Assembly: GCA_964633925.1 (NCBI GenBank)
Contig: CAZWKB010000003.1
Coordinates: forward strand, 4,598 to 68,597
DNA: 64,000 nucleotides
Source: an uncultured bacterium
Lineage (GTDB): Bacteria > Margulisbacteria > WOR-1 > JAKLHX01
Reading direction: 5' to 3'
Below are positions 20,201-27,631 of the stretch, piece after piece (the first letter of the stretch is position 1; every line of letters begins with the position of its first letter). Below the pieces are notes generated by a model, which saw only the letters and a list, made by a program, of their open reading frames with translations, was not told the origin of the DNA and did no database searches. The translations under genes and the position numbers were made by a program.

Positions 20201-21571
20201 GTAATGCCTCTGATAACACAGTTTAAGTCATTCAGAGAGATTGTTGGTTTTGATGATTTATTTTCTGATAAACTATATCTTGAAGTTATTTATAAGAAAA
20301 GATTCAAGGACTTCAGGCATGAAGGTGACCAAGTACAAGGATGGACAGTATTTAGGTCTCCTGAGTTTAACAAAGAACAGACAATGGACACTCCAATGAG
20401 TATTTCAACTTTAGATTCTGGATATTTAAGTAGAATGCAAGAACTATTTGATACGTTCCCATATTACTATTGCAATTTTTCTGAATATTTCGACTATGTT
20501 GCAGATAAGAACGAAATGTATGCATCACCGGTAGAGCGTGCACAAGCTTATATTTTCAGAAACAGAAAATGGTGGTATTCTTTAAGCCTTGAGGGTTATA
20601 AATCTCCATTCGGAGCTCCTGACTATAGAAGGTTGTACAATTGGAGGGAAAAGGAAATGTTCCAATGGTATATGGACAGAATAATGTTCATAATGAAACC
20701 GTATGTAGATGGGATTTATTTGGATGACTTTTGGGGAGAAGAATATAAGACATCTGCAGGATTTGACTTCAGCTTTAAGAAAACACCATTGCTCAACTAT
20801 TTAAGCTTTATGGATAGACAATATGCACAGGCAAGGACGCTTAAATATCTTGGGTTTAAATGTAGACTAAAAGGTAAATATCTATGTTGTAACTATGGTG
20901 CTTCAGTTGATGCAAACTATAGTTCAGATGGTTCTCCCAAAAGGCTTACAAACGGAGATATCGACCCTAATTCAGGCAAATACTCACCGGCAGATATGGC
21001 ATTGATTTATCCGTTTGATGGATTCTTAATTGAAAACTTTACAGGTTGGGATGACCAAGTTGGAATGACAGCAGAAAGTTCAATCAACCAGCTTACAAAC
21101 AACATGTGGATGGTTCGTGGTATTATAGAATTGATGAGATATTGTAGGGACCACGGCAAGTTTATTGTTTGTTTGGCAAGAGGAACCCCACAAAACTGGG
21201 ATATAAGGATGATGAACTTCGCATTGTTCTTAATGGGATGGTTCCCAAATGCTTATATGACAATGCATCAGTTAACAGAGTACGGAGAAGATGAAGACGA
21301 AGCAGTAAGGTATGGAGAAGTATTCCATATTCAGATGCTTCCTGAAATGAGGATTCGCTTAGGCGAACCGAAATCAGACTATGTATGGAATAACTACCTA
21401 TTCAGCAGAGAATTTGATAACTGCATCGCACTGGCAAACGCTTCTACATCTTCTGGTAGAAGCTATACATTGCCAGAAGGAATATGGTATGACCTTAAAG
21501 GGAATGCTTACACTGGGACAGTAACAGTTCCAAAAGCATCTGCATTAGTAGTTATGAAAGTAAGACCATAA
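14285..21571 (+). CDS. Giant (2,428 aa) tail fibre / putative polysaccharide depolymerase
   Basis: Single uninterrupted ORF. The N-terminal (VLVYYGW...GIFLDEFGYDY) and C-terminal (YVDGIYLDDFWGEEY) regions resemble GH114/GHL-type TIM-barrel hydrolases. At least four N(G/P)(D/E)F-initiated CBM4/9-like modules and one Ig-like module lie between them. Confidence 0.6.
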   Translation: MLKRVLVYYGWLSAINGLFDVEAAAEKFSNYDIVIIGDGLEHPAHPDYANTTAIIAATKTINVVTKFFGYIPVGQLSPSKLDISTMQDYADEWVVTGADGIFLDEFGYDYHVSRSLQNQIVSYCKNLNLPVIVNAWSQEHVFGKEAYVDGDFHANDSGEIPVLNQDDFILFESLFTYNEEGTQKFATGNRIFEAVKYLQFNREEYSNKTYYDQYKVRPLAVDTIDKSLEDKNRLFAIGYYSSYMLNFVGYGASSPNYGASDPDINHYLPSPNPKLEPPSWHIVDVTPYQSSGRQFRTAYTNDFGDVIIKLIWLEGNPVWDITKGEHVVFLNDIEKNTFSDDATDLYPQFIDDPLFMKSTEGNISVVGSEFQTGYGAPTDSHRFIRPGGGGLAPDDWWYCGGPEWPGYAIAIVNVNTIAERNALAASIGVKQVKVQENDTLYKYDGSNWVSIVGNDPKENYQGFLDAGGQWIDPTDQDKAQLASLTDNPIYYNITPYKLVKLDATDPKVRQGTPPSDMPQNYGLTQCFELNQTNKHYMKISFFYKTVGFSVTPQVNFQGYSAAILDNNWSETNSGGTYLFMDTASTSSPWREASQIITAEYPFLYGFVHMLVRGASTGQLFITGLKLEQLQIVKDDSVVSDNLLINGDFAVAISDINVKGNVLGFEMENATKATYSTPLPVVNFLATVDVKPEGYFEQRGIVTNSSLNMYTLKVPYRSLLGCQGKIIVELRDRFKNILSLKEIQLDVIESTVWKEQLVEFIAGYPVESVDIRIENTGTTGNLTIGKLALTAADLGITDGDINAVNGTEEEITISQMARADHTRVVGLPEPMGISKVKADFFKKFTEEQLMHEDDPYEGIVYITDGNIKDISPKLCRRLSTVKVYETVPFTQGDFESNAYDVGSDTDSVMVKYNGIMMLPYLKPPHLSHIHTWKETGANFSAQHMGRRYYCVTAYNAQGETTKSNIIVGKAEGVNGVKVSGVIKPPQCKVPIEITPSEGAVGYRIYVTEEATPWSQLQNTVGRDWFFLESSFYYVMKMNYPIWGDNCLLDEITTEELREMGYVYYDDGHIANTQQGKPPTSNTALVYMLNDGVLYFDDLFKDWVSRYDYTKLSIFKSVDTTKKEMNGGIYLPNKKMFYMSAGTKLFYHDEYQLAEVYQIGNSELGDVKGWCNDSDEAYYVTDQGKIVKLSDGSVISIAGTVFTNILGIVKEDNGFAILRGNSITKINMTGAVTSQFNIPSGIAGSLIGFSKVFDKYVVFNDTTKKLIFFDNLAIRSQITPTAVPKFFNVVGTTLFIYIAHEEDELPHSMLLYDLICEKYYGEMNPVKIFDSEPQFPDADRQLILWESDPNLYPNIVPNGDFRCSLLGDQVYPAYTEIFPSPPANVPWSVERDTVLDVEKNIIHFKNGGNTQARLYYSRIGIKGGMQYQVNLTAKALASGGYVNITFGVRNKHDKERWGINNHGISIGTEYKTISFKIQIQEEALSVNVDLSFGAGIEYKVSAFEIIPLDPVLEIPEFLENGDMSIIDQGANYPSGFKMSNMPNETGLANVTSSMVLDSTNGNAWRIVDTNTAKEKWYIDLPIMKITAGDQLRLKFKYKCSSTTADMLVRVIMCFEDGAPIQSLNDFTVKASDTNEHEYVLPTSPFMEYCTYDPVQYPAFAGKPYPKLMVRIHPAAGATSEFRMFAPELFVSGNSLQRATNPEFADGISAWYTTMPTPVGNTAITAETKDGVKCAHFVHAGNGTAQLCQEFEIPKTKNPIEVAITLKGTLTSTLADAAALRFNDVFFSSPNGQFKDNSNADWPFERIAIYLEALSEAAFPKGSLNYTDWTTLKFTVNPKVVDNVTDYIFKCSLKCTISSNWGCTAADLYIRSITCTEISSEVVEDPDDIEIVCQDTFTVSQGYIPITLKLKKGDENVAIGAQTIQLTSNDPAGEIEISSTNVLGYARALFIPKVFAGIVKLTATYGSVTATKEIEVMPLITQFKSFREIVGFDDLFSDKLYLEVIYKKRFKDFRHEGDQVQGWTVFRSPEFNKEQTMDTPMSISTLDSGYLSRMQELFDTFPYYYCNFSEYFDYVADKNEMYASPVERAQAYIFRNRKWWYSLSLEGYKSPFGAPDYRRLYNWREKEMFQWYMDRIMFIMKPYVDGIYLDDFWGEEYKTSAGFDFSFKKTPLLNYLSFMDRQYAQARTLKYLGFKCRLKGKYLCCNYGASVDANYSSDGSPKRLTNGDIDPNSGKYSPADMALIYPFDGFLIENFTGWDDQVGMTAESSINQLTNNMWMVRGIIELMRYCRDHGKFIVCLARGTPQNWDIRMMNFALFLMGWFPNAYMTMHQLTEYGEDEDEAVRYGEVFHIQMLPEMRIRLGEPKSDYVWNNYLFSREFDNCIALANASTSSGRSYTLPEGIWYDLKGNAYTGTVTVPKASALVVMKVRP

Positions 21572-21585
21572 GGAGGTGTTTGAAA

Positions 21586-22023
21586 ATGAATATTAAAGTT
21601 TTTACAATGTCAAATGAATATCCCATAAGTTTTGCTTTAGCAAGAAGTACAGTTTTATCGGGAGTTTTTGCAACGTCTTCAAATGCCCCTTCGTCTTATA
21701 CTGTAACGCTTAAAAATTCTTCAGATGCTGAAATCTTTTCAGAAACAATACCAGTATCTGAAACAGTCGGTAACAGATATACTTTCTATGAAGTGCCGTT
21801 TGTTGAAAATATGGCAAGAATTGAAGTTACAGTAGATAATGGAAGTTTTGTAGATTTAAACTATGTAGGTGCAGACTTATCTTCTGGAAGGCTTAAACTT
21901 AGAATAAAAATTGAAGACTTATGGATATTTGTACAAGACGGTTGGGTTAAAATTGAAGGAACGTGGAAACAATTGCAAAGAGGCTATTCAAAAGTCAAAG
22001 GTAAGTGGAAACGTCCCAAATAA
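21586..22023 (+). CDS. Hypothetical protein (last gene of the fibre block)
   Basis: ATG 21586 lies 9 nt after AGGAGG. The ORF-track TTG 21580 is too close to the RBS. Confidence 0.5.
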   Translation: MNIKVFTMSNEYPISFALARSTVLSGVFATSSNAPSSYTVTLKNSSDAEIFSETIPVSETVGNRYTFYEVPFVENMARIEVTVDNGSFVDLNYVGADLSSGRLKLRIKIEDLWIFVQDGWVKIEGTWKQLQRGYSKVKGKWKRPK

Positions 22024-22029
22024 ATTCAT

Positions 22030-22060
22030 GGGCTAGAGCAACTCACTCTAGCCCTATTTT
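22030..22060 (+). terminator. Rho-independent terminator
   Basis: 9-bp stem GGGCTAGAG/CTCTAGCCC with a 7-nt loop, then TATTTT. Confidence 0.7.
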
Positions 22061-22176
22061 CAAATAGATTTGAAAATTCATATATCGATAGATAGTTATA
22101 CATTAATATAAAGTTCTAAACATTTTATTTATATATGTATAGCGAAATATCATCTGGAATGGAGGGGTGTTTCATC

Positions 22177-22644
22177 ATGAATGGAGAAAGCGGAGGCGGA
22201 AGCGTGAGCGTACAAACTTTTAACGAATTCAAGACCAATTATGATAAACAACTTAGCGAACTTGGCAGAGTAACAGAAAAACGGTTAGATTCTCACTCTA
22301 CAGAAATTACAGACTTAAAAGTTATAAGTGAAAGACTATTAATAATATCTGAACAGAATGCTCTACTTTTGAAAGACATGAGGCAGAAACACGAAGATGA
22401 TATTAAAGACATTCGCTGCGAAATAAAGTCTGAAACAAATGAACTTAAAACAAATAAGAGCACTAATCAATCTGATACGTCTGGTAAAAAAGAATCATTT
22501 TGGAATACAGAGGCTGGAAAGCAAACTCCGAAATGGATTGTTATAGGAATTATTTCGATTGCTGTAGTTTTAGTAGCAGCATTAGTAGGCACGAATCTTA
22601 TAGAGCTTCTAAAGGCCGCTAAAGACATCGTACCTGCAAAATAA
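22177..22644 (+). CDS. Coiled-coil protein with C-terminal transmembrane anchor (lysis-associated?)
   Basis: ATG 22177 follows GGAGGGG. C-terminal WIVIGIISIAVVLVAALVG is a TM helix. Sits immediately upstream of the endolysin. Confidence 0.45.
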   Translation: MNGESGGGSVSVQTFNEFKTNYDKQLSELGRVTEKRLDSHSTEITDLKVISERLLIISEQNALLLKDMRQKHEDDIKDIRCEIKSETNELKTNKSTNQSDTSGKKESFWNTEAGKQTPKWIVIGIISIAVVLVAALVGTNLIELLKAAKDIVPAK

Positions 22645-22676
22645 TGGAATTATATATGGGATATATAAAAACCAAC

Positions 22677-22694
22677 TTAGACAGTGTCTAGATA
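22677..22694 (+). promoter_or_regulatory. TTAGACAGTGTCTAGATA motif upstream of the endolysin gene
   Basis: 17 of 18 identical to 6922-6939. Lies about 12 nt upstream of the RBS. Confidence 0.4.
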
Positions 22695-22718
22695 TATCTA
22701 AAGCAAGGAGGAATTGGT

Positions 22719-24137
22719 ATGGCAAAATGGTTTATTGACCCAGGACATGGTGGAAGCGACCCGGGCGCCATAAATAGTAAAGTTACAGAAAAAGCAATAA
22801 ATCTTATAGTAGCTTTGCAGCTTGAAAAGAAATTATTGGCTGCAGGACAGCAAGTAATGATGTCTAGAAGGACAGATATTACAGTTAGTCTAGATGGAAG
22901 ATGTAAAATGGCTAATGACTGGGGTGCAGATTATTTTGTTTCTGTACATCATAATGCTGGAGGTGGCGATGGTTATGAGGTTATCCATTCTATCTATTAC
23001 GGCGTCGGAACTAAAATGGCTGAATCTGTTGCAGCTGGCTTTGCCTCCCTAGGACAAAACGGACATGGTTCTAGAGCAACATATTCAAGAGAAGGCAGCA
23101 ACGGTGACTATTATGCAGTAATAAGAAGCACTAAAATGCCTGCAATTATTACTGAATACGGATTCATGGACAGTAATGACTATTTGGCATTTGATACTGA
23201 AGATGAGCTTATTGCTGAAGGAAATAGTTTGGCAAGCTCTTTGTTAAAATTCATTGGAGCAAATCAAAATACTGCAGAACCTGCAAAAATTATGTACAGA
23301 GTTATTATAGACGATGTGCAAATAATGGCACTTTCTAACTTTGATAATGCTGTTGCTACTATTCATCAAAAAATAAATAATGGCGAAGGGAAAACTGGAA
23401 GAATCCAAAGAAATACAGATTCGCTAGACGTTTATTTCTATGAAAAACCAGAACAAGCACAGCCAGAACCAGTTAAGCATATGATTTGTGGTGGTTCTGA
23501 AGTTTCTGCAGAACATATGGCAGGATATCTGTTAGGTATTAATTCAAACCCAAAAATCAATATTGGCTTAATAACTCCAGAAAATGTAGTTAAGTTCTGT
23601 CAGACATTCATAGATGAAGGCAAAAAAGAAGGTATATCTGGAGATAAAGCATTTTGCCAAAGTCTACACGAAACTGGTAATTTTTCTTTTAGTGGCGATG
23701 TTAAGCCAGAACAAAACAACTTTGCAGGCATTGGAGCAACTGGAGGAGGAGCCGGAGGTGCAAGTTTCGAGAATTATGTCAAAGGCATCATTGCTCAGAT
23801 TCAGCATCTGAAAGCTTATGCAAATACACAACCTCTTGTTGGTGAAAAGATTGACCCAAGATTTGACCTCGTTACAAGAGGCGTCGCACCAAACTGGGAA
23901 GACCTGAATGGTAGATGGGCCGTGCCAGGTACTACGTATGGACAAAGTATTATAGCAATTTTTGAAAAAGTAAAACTCGCACAACCGGTAGTTCTTAAAG
24001 ACTGGAAACAGAAAGGCGTAGATTACTTATTAGAAAAAGGCTATATAACTGAAGTCCATGATAAACTAGAAATATTAGATATGGGGACGTTTGGAACAAT
24101 ATTAAAAAACATTGAAGAAAAGAATGGAGGAAAATGA
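22719..24137 (+). CDS. Bifunctional endolysin: N-acetylmuramoyl-L-alanine amidase (Amidase_3) + glucosaminidase-like domain
   Basis: N-terminal FIDPGHGGSDPGA...VSVHHNAGGG is Amidase_3. C-terminal FCQSLHETGNFSF...NNFAGIGATGGG is LytD-type glucosaminidase. Confidence 0.85.
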   Translation: MAKWFIDPGHGGSDPGAINSKVTEKAINLIVALQLEKKLLAAGQQVMMSRRTDITVSLDGRCKMANDWGADYFVSVHHNAGGGDGYEVIHSIYYGVGTKMAESVAAGFASLGQNGHGSRATYSREGSNGDYYAVIRSTKMPAIITEYGFMDSNDYLAFDTEDELIAEGNSLASSLLKFIGANQNTAEPAKIMYRVIIDDVQIMALSNFDNAVATIHQKINNGEGKTGRIQRNTDSLDVYFYEKPEQAQPEPVKHMICGGSEVSAEHMAGYLLGINSNPKINIGLITPENVVKFCQTFIDEGKKEGISGDKAFCQSLHETGNFSFSGDVKPEQNNFAGIGATGGGAGGASFENYVKGIIAQIQHLKAYANTQPLVGEKIDPRFDLVTRGVAPNWEDLNGRWAVPGTTYGQSIIAIFEKVKLAQPVVLKDWKQKGVDYLLEKGYITEVHDKLEILDMGTFGTILKNIEEKNGGK

Positions 24138-24589
24138 TTATGGACAGTGTAATTTTAAACCACTTGGTAGATATCGTAGCAGCTTTAGTTCAGGCTTTAT
24201 TGCTTGGATTAATTGCATACGGATTTGCCAAAGTAATGCCTAAAATCCAGGATGATAGAGTATGGAAAGCACTTGGTATTCTTCAGGGTGCCATTAACGA
24301 CACAGTCGGTGTTTTAAATCAGACTCTAGTCGAAAAATGGAAAGAGGCAAATTTAGGGAAGCTGACTCCCGAACAGATTAGGCAGTTGGAACAAATTTCT
24401 ATTGAAAAAGTTAAATCTAACTTAACGCAACCGGTGCTCGAATTACTCGATGCAAGCTATGCCAATCTAAATGAAAAGATTAATGATATGATTAAGGCAA
24501 GACTTGATGAAATCAAAAGCAAATCAATCAAAGCAGAACCACTTTTGGAAGTTAAGCAGGAACAAACAGATTGTGAAAAAGACATTTAA
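24134..24589 (+). CDS. Holin (LL-H-like)
   Basis: Has an N-terminal TM helix (VDIVAALVQALLLGLIAYGF), then a charged helical tail. The start overlaps the endolysin stop. Confidence 0.6.
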   Translation: MIMDSVILNHLVDIVAALVQALLLGLIAYGFAKVMPKIQDDRVWKALGILQGAINDTVGVLNQTLVEKWKEANLGKLTPEQIRQLEQISIEKVKSNLTQPVLELLDASYANLNEKINDMIKARLDEIKSKSIKAEPLLEVKQEQTDCEKDI

Positions 24590-24616
24590 AATATAACGTC
24601 TCCTTATCTTTATTTT

Positions 24617-24643
24617 GGAGCCCTTCGGGGCTCCTATTTTTTT
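24617..24643 (+). terminator. Rho-independent terminator closing the late module
   Basis: GGAGCCC-TTCG-GGGCTCC followed by TATTTTTTT. Confidence 0.85.
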
Positions 24644-24834
24644 GCAGATTTTTAAATATAATAGGAAATTCAAATAACATCTAGAATGCTGTCTATTTTA
24701 ACGAATTCGAACCATATAAATTTACATAGGAAGGCAGGCAAAAATAAATCTGGGAATGTCTAACATGGTAATAGAATACTCTGGAAGTTGGTTTAAATTG
24801 GGGTTTATAAATTAAAAAATTATTTTATAAATGC

Positions 24835-24863
24835 ATTAAAAAGAATCGCACTATTGATATAAT
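24835..24863 (+). promoter_or_regulatory. Promoter (ATTAAA-N17-TATAAT, extended TG)
   Basis: TTGATATAATATAATTATAAAGGAGG. Member of the repeated promoter family. Confidence 0.5.
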
Positions 24864-24890
24864 ATAATTATAAAGGAGGTGCGCAAACTG

Positions 24891-26402
24891 ATGGTTAATG
24901 TTGTTATAGATAGCAGGTTAAGACTTAAGTGGAAAGACTTGCCTAAAGATATGTTTAAAGAATTGAAAAAATCTCTAACATATAAAAACCCTTTATACTA
25001 TAAAGCGCAGATGATGGGCTTTGGTACGAAAGGAGTTCCACAAAGTCTTACGAGTTATGACATTGTTAAAGATGAGATGTCTATTGCAAGAGGTGCAACT
25101 TATAAACTAAAGCAAATTGCAAGAGAATATAATGTTGAACTAGAATATATTGACAATAGATTGTCTTTACCATATAAATTTGAATCTTCAATAGTTTTAA
25201 GAGACTATCAGATAAAGCCGTCTAATCAATTATACTATTTCCAGAATGGTTTGATACAGGGACCTTGTGGCTGTGGTAAAACTATAATTTTGCTTAAGAC
25301 TATAGAAAAAATTGGTCAAAGGACTTTAATTATAGTACATGAACAAAAACTACAACAACAATGGTTTGATGAAATACATCAGCTATTTGGAATACCTAAA
25401 AATGAAATCGGTTTGATTGGGGGAATTGCAAAAGGCAAAAACAGAGTCAAACCGATAACAGTAGCTCTACAACAATCACTCCTCAGGTCGGCTATAAAAT
25501 ATAAAGATGAATTTGGATGCATTGTTTGTGATGAAGTTCATAGATATGCAGCATCAACTTTCCAAGAAGTTGTAGATGTATTTCCATCGAAATATAGAAT
25601 TGGAGCTACTGCAACTTTAAAAAGAAAAGACGGTAAGCATTTTCTTGTTGTAGACCAGTTCGGTAAAGTTTTACATGAAATTACTGAAGAAGATTTAAAA
25701 GAAAATAATGTTTCTATGGATGTCAAAATGGTAGTAGTACATACAGACTTTGAATATAAAGGAACTATGAAAGAGTTTAAGAATAGAATTTTTAAAGGTA
25801 ATGATTCTGATGGAAATGCTATTTGGGAAGAACAGGAAATAGAATATATTGACAATAACGAATATCTTGAACAGATAATTTTAGACCAAGACAGAAACAG
25901 ACTAATTTATAGATTCCTTAAAGCAGAAGCAGAAAATGGGGAATTCTGCATACTGCTATCAGATAGGCGTCGATTCTGTCATAATTGGCAAAGATGGCTT
26001 GGCGAAAAAGGTATAGAAGCAAAACTTTTAGTTGGTGGTACAGAATATAAAGCAGAAGGTGACGAAGCTATAAAGAGGATTCAAGAAAAAGGAGACCTCC
26101 ATGTAGTTATTGGAACTACAGTTGCAGACGAAGGCTTAAACATAAAAAGACTAAGCCGAGGCTTTACTTCTACACCGACAGCTTCTAACGAACGTAGAAT
26201 TATCCAGCAAACAGGTAGGATAAAAAGGATTGCAGAAGGTAAGACAAATGCAATCTGGTATTATTTCTTTGATTCTAAAGTTAAAGGTTCTGATAAACAA
26301 CTAAAAATGATTAATAAGCTATTTAAGAATGTTGAAATTCTAGATAATCCAGAGGCGATAGATGAATATCTTCACATAATGGAAATAACGAAAAAGAAAT
26401 AA
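24891..26402 (+). CDS. SF2 DEAD/DExH-box helicase (ResIII + helicase C)
   Basis: Walker A GPCGCGKT, DExH motif CDEVHRY, and TATLKRKDG. ATG 24891 lies 11 nt after AGGAGG; the ORF-track GTG 24879 overlaps the RBS. Confidence 0.75.
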   Translation: MVNVVIDSRLRLKWKDLPKDMFKELKKSLTYKNPLYYKAQMMGFGTKGVPQSLTSYDIVKDEMSIARGATYKLKQIAREYNVELEYIDNRLSLPYKFESSIVLRDYQIKPSNQLYYFQNGLIQGPCGCGKTIILLKTIEKIGQRTLIIVHEQKLQQQWFDEIHQLFGIPKNEIGLIGGIAKGKNRVKPITVALQQSLLRSAIKYKDEFGCIVCDEVHRYAASTFQEVVDVFPSKYRIGATATLKRKDGKHFLVVDQFGKVLHEITEEDLKENNVSMDVKMVVVHTDFEYKGTMKEFKNRIFKGNDSDGNAIWEEQEIEYIDNNEYLEQIILDQDRNRLIYRFLKAEAENGEFCILLSDRRRFCHNWQRWLGEKGIEAKLLVGGTEYKAEGDEAIKRIQEKGDLHVVIGTTVADEGLNIKRLSRGFTSTPTASNERRIIQQTGRIKRIAEGKTNAIWYYFFDSKVKGSDKQLKMINKLFKNVEILDNPEAIDEYLHIMEITKKK

Positions 26403-26428
26403 CAACAGCAATTGGCCGTATGGCCATC

Positions 26429-26465
26429 CTGTCTACCGACAGGTAGACAGTGCATCTATTTTCCC
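26429..26465 (+). terminator. Hairpin / weak terminator after the helicase gene
   Basis: 9-bp stem CTGTCTACC/GGTAGACAG with loop GACA, followed by TGCATCTATTTT. Confidence 0.4.
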
Positions 26466-26627
26466 TGGTAAAAATCTGGAATAAAAAATTTCCTCCCCAC
26501 ACCCCTCCTTTTAAAAGCTATATAAGCTATATAAATATATTATAAGGGGTGTATTCCTCAGATGTAAACATCTTCGGAAGATGTAAATCTCTTTCAGAGC
26601 TTTACAGAAGCTGTTGTTTATAGAATT

Positions 26628-26693
26628 TTAGTCTATTTTTAGACTTAAGAGAAAATTCTAGTCTTAAAGAAAGCTTGGTCTTGAGAAAGACTA
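26628..26693. repeat. Cluster of five TAGTCT/AGACTA motifs in alternating orientation (iteron-like)
   Basis: TAGTCT at 26629 and 26659, AGACT at 26641, GGTCTT at 26677 and AAGACTA at 26687. The cluster lies inside a 442-bp non-coding region. Confidence 0.5.
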
Positions 26694-26752
26694 TGCAGTT
26701 TCTAGCGAAAAGCCATTTTGACAGTTTTTGGTTTTCAAATAAATACTCTTGA

Positions 26753-26781
26753 GTTAACAATTGAAAACATTTTGATATAAT
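26753..26781 (+). promoter_or_regulatory. Promoter (GTTAAC-N17-TATAAT, extended TG)
   Basis: GAGTTAACAATTGAAAACATTTTGATATAAT. Confidence 0.55.
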
Positions 26782-26844
26782 TTTATTATGGTTAAATTTA
26801 CAGTCAGAGTATAGCATTTGTCAAATGTTTGTGAGGTGAAATAA

Positions 26845-27411
26845 TTGCAAAAAATAAAAAAACAAAACCCGATAAAGCCAGTTAAAAACTGTTTAAGTGC
26901 TGATGATATCGTTTCATTTATAAAAACTGACAAAAAGGAGCCAAAGCGGAAAGGTAAAACAGGGCCAAGGACTGATAGGTCTCAGCCTTCAAAATTTCCA
27001 TCACTTAGTCATTGGAAAAGCAAGACTGTTGACAAATGGACTATGTCTGATTTTATTGGTTTTTATTTACAGAATTATTTAGACGCTGTTGGTAAAGAAG
27101 ATTCATTTTTTATTGGAAGGCCTCGAAACGACATGATGTCTAAAGAAAGAAGTAAAATTGAAAGTTATTTGAAAATGTACTTTGTAAACAATAAAACGGA
27201 ATTGAAAGATTATATCTGCTTTATTGTAAAATGGTGGATGACTGAAGAAGCTTTTCCAGATGGATTACCAAATTTCAATAGTATTTTTGGGCCACGCGGT
27301 TATTTTATTAAGGAATTTCAAAATTCTCAAATAAAGGTTAAGAAAAAAGTTCTTAAAAAAAGAAAAGAAGGGGATGCAAATTATGCTGAGAAGGATATTT
27401 GGAATAAGTAA
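26845..27411 (+). CDS. Hypothetical protein (first gene of the replisome-loading operon)
   Basis: TTG start lies 5 nt after GAGGTGA. Basic N-terminus. Function is not recognisable from sequence. Confidence 0.45.
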   Translation: MQKIKKQNPIKPVKNCLSADDIVSFIKTDKKEPKRKGKTGPRTDRSQPSKFPSLSHWKSKTVDKWTMSDFIGFYLQNYLDAVGKEDSFFIGRPRNDMMSKERSKIESYLKMYFVNNKTELKDYICFIVKWWMTEEAFPDGLPNFNSIFGPRGYFIKEFQNSQIKVKKKVLKKRKEGDANYAEKDIWNK

Positions 27412-27631
27412 AATCAAAACTGCAATATGCAAATTGATATGCAGATTGTATTGGAAATATGGCAGGCCTTATGATGGAAATGATTTTTGGAAGAAGTTTG
27501 TTGTCTATTATGTGCCAGCCAACATCGAAGGTAAGATATTCATTGCACAGCTGAACGATATGATGAATAAATTGGATTTGAAAGAAGAGTTTACACTTCC
27601 TATTATCGGACATGTAAAAGGAGGTAAATGA
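27383..27631 (+). CDS. Small hypothetical protein
   Basis: ORF 27374..27631. ATG 27383 is better spaced from GGGG. The stop overlaps the next start (ATGA). Confidence 0.4.
   Translation: MLRRIFGISKIKTAICKLICRLYWKYGRPYDGNDFWKKFVVYYVPANIEGKIFIAQLNDMMNKLDLKEEFTLPIIGHVKGGK

Noticed and set aside
22070-22098. TTGAAA-N17-TAGTTA as a promoter for the lysis cassette
   Set aside because: The -10 is weak, there is no extended TG, and it bears no similarity to the repeated promoter family. The evidence is too weak to report as a feature.
26559-26567. ATG-TAA start-stop mini-ORF (ATG at 26562) downstream of AAGGGGTG as a regulatory element
   Set aside because: The spacing from the SD-like sequence is 10-11 nt. 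There is no evidence of a transcript start upstream. The sequence is better explained as part of the AGATGTAAA direct repeat.
26602-26817. Minus-strand 71-aa ORF in the long intergenic region
   Set aside because: It has no RBS and a low-complexity product. It would be the only minus-strand gene in 64 kb, and it overlaps the family promoter at 26753.
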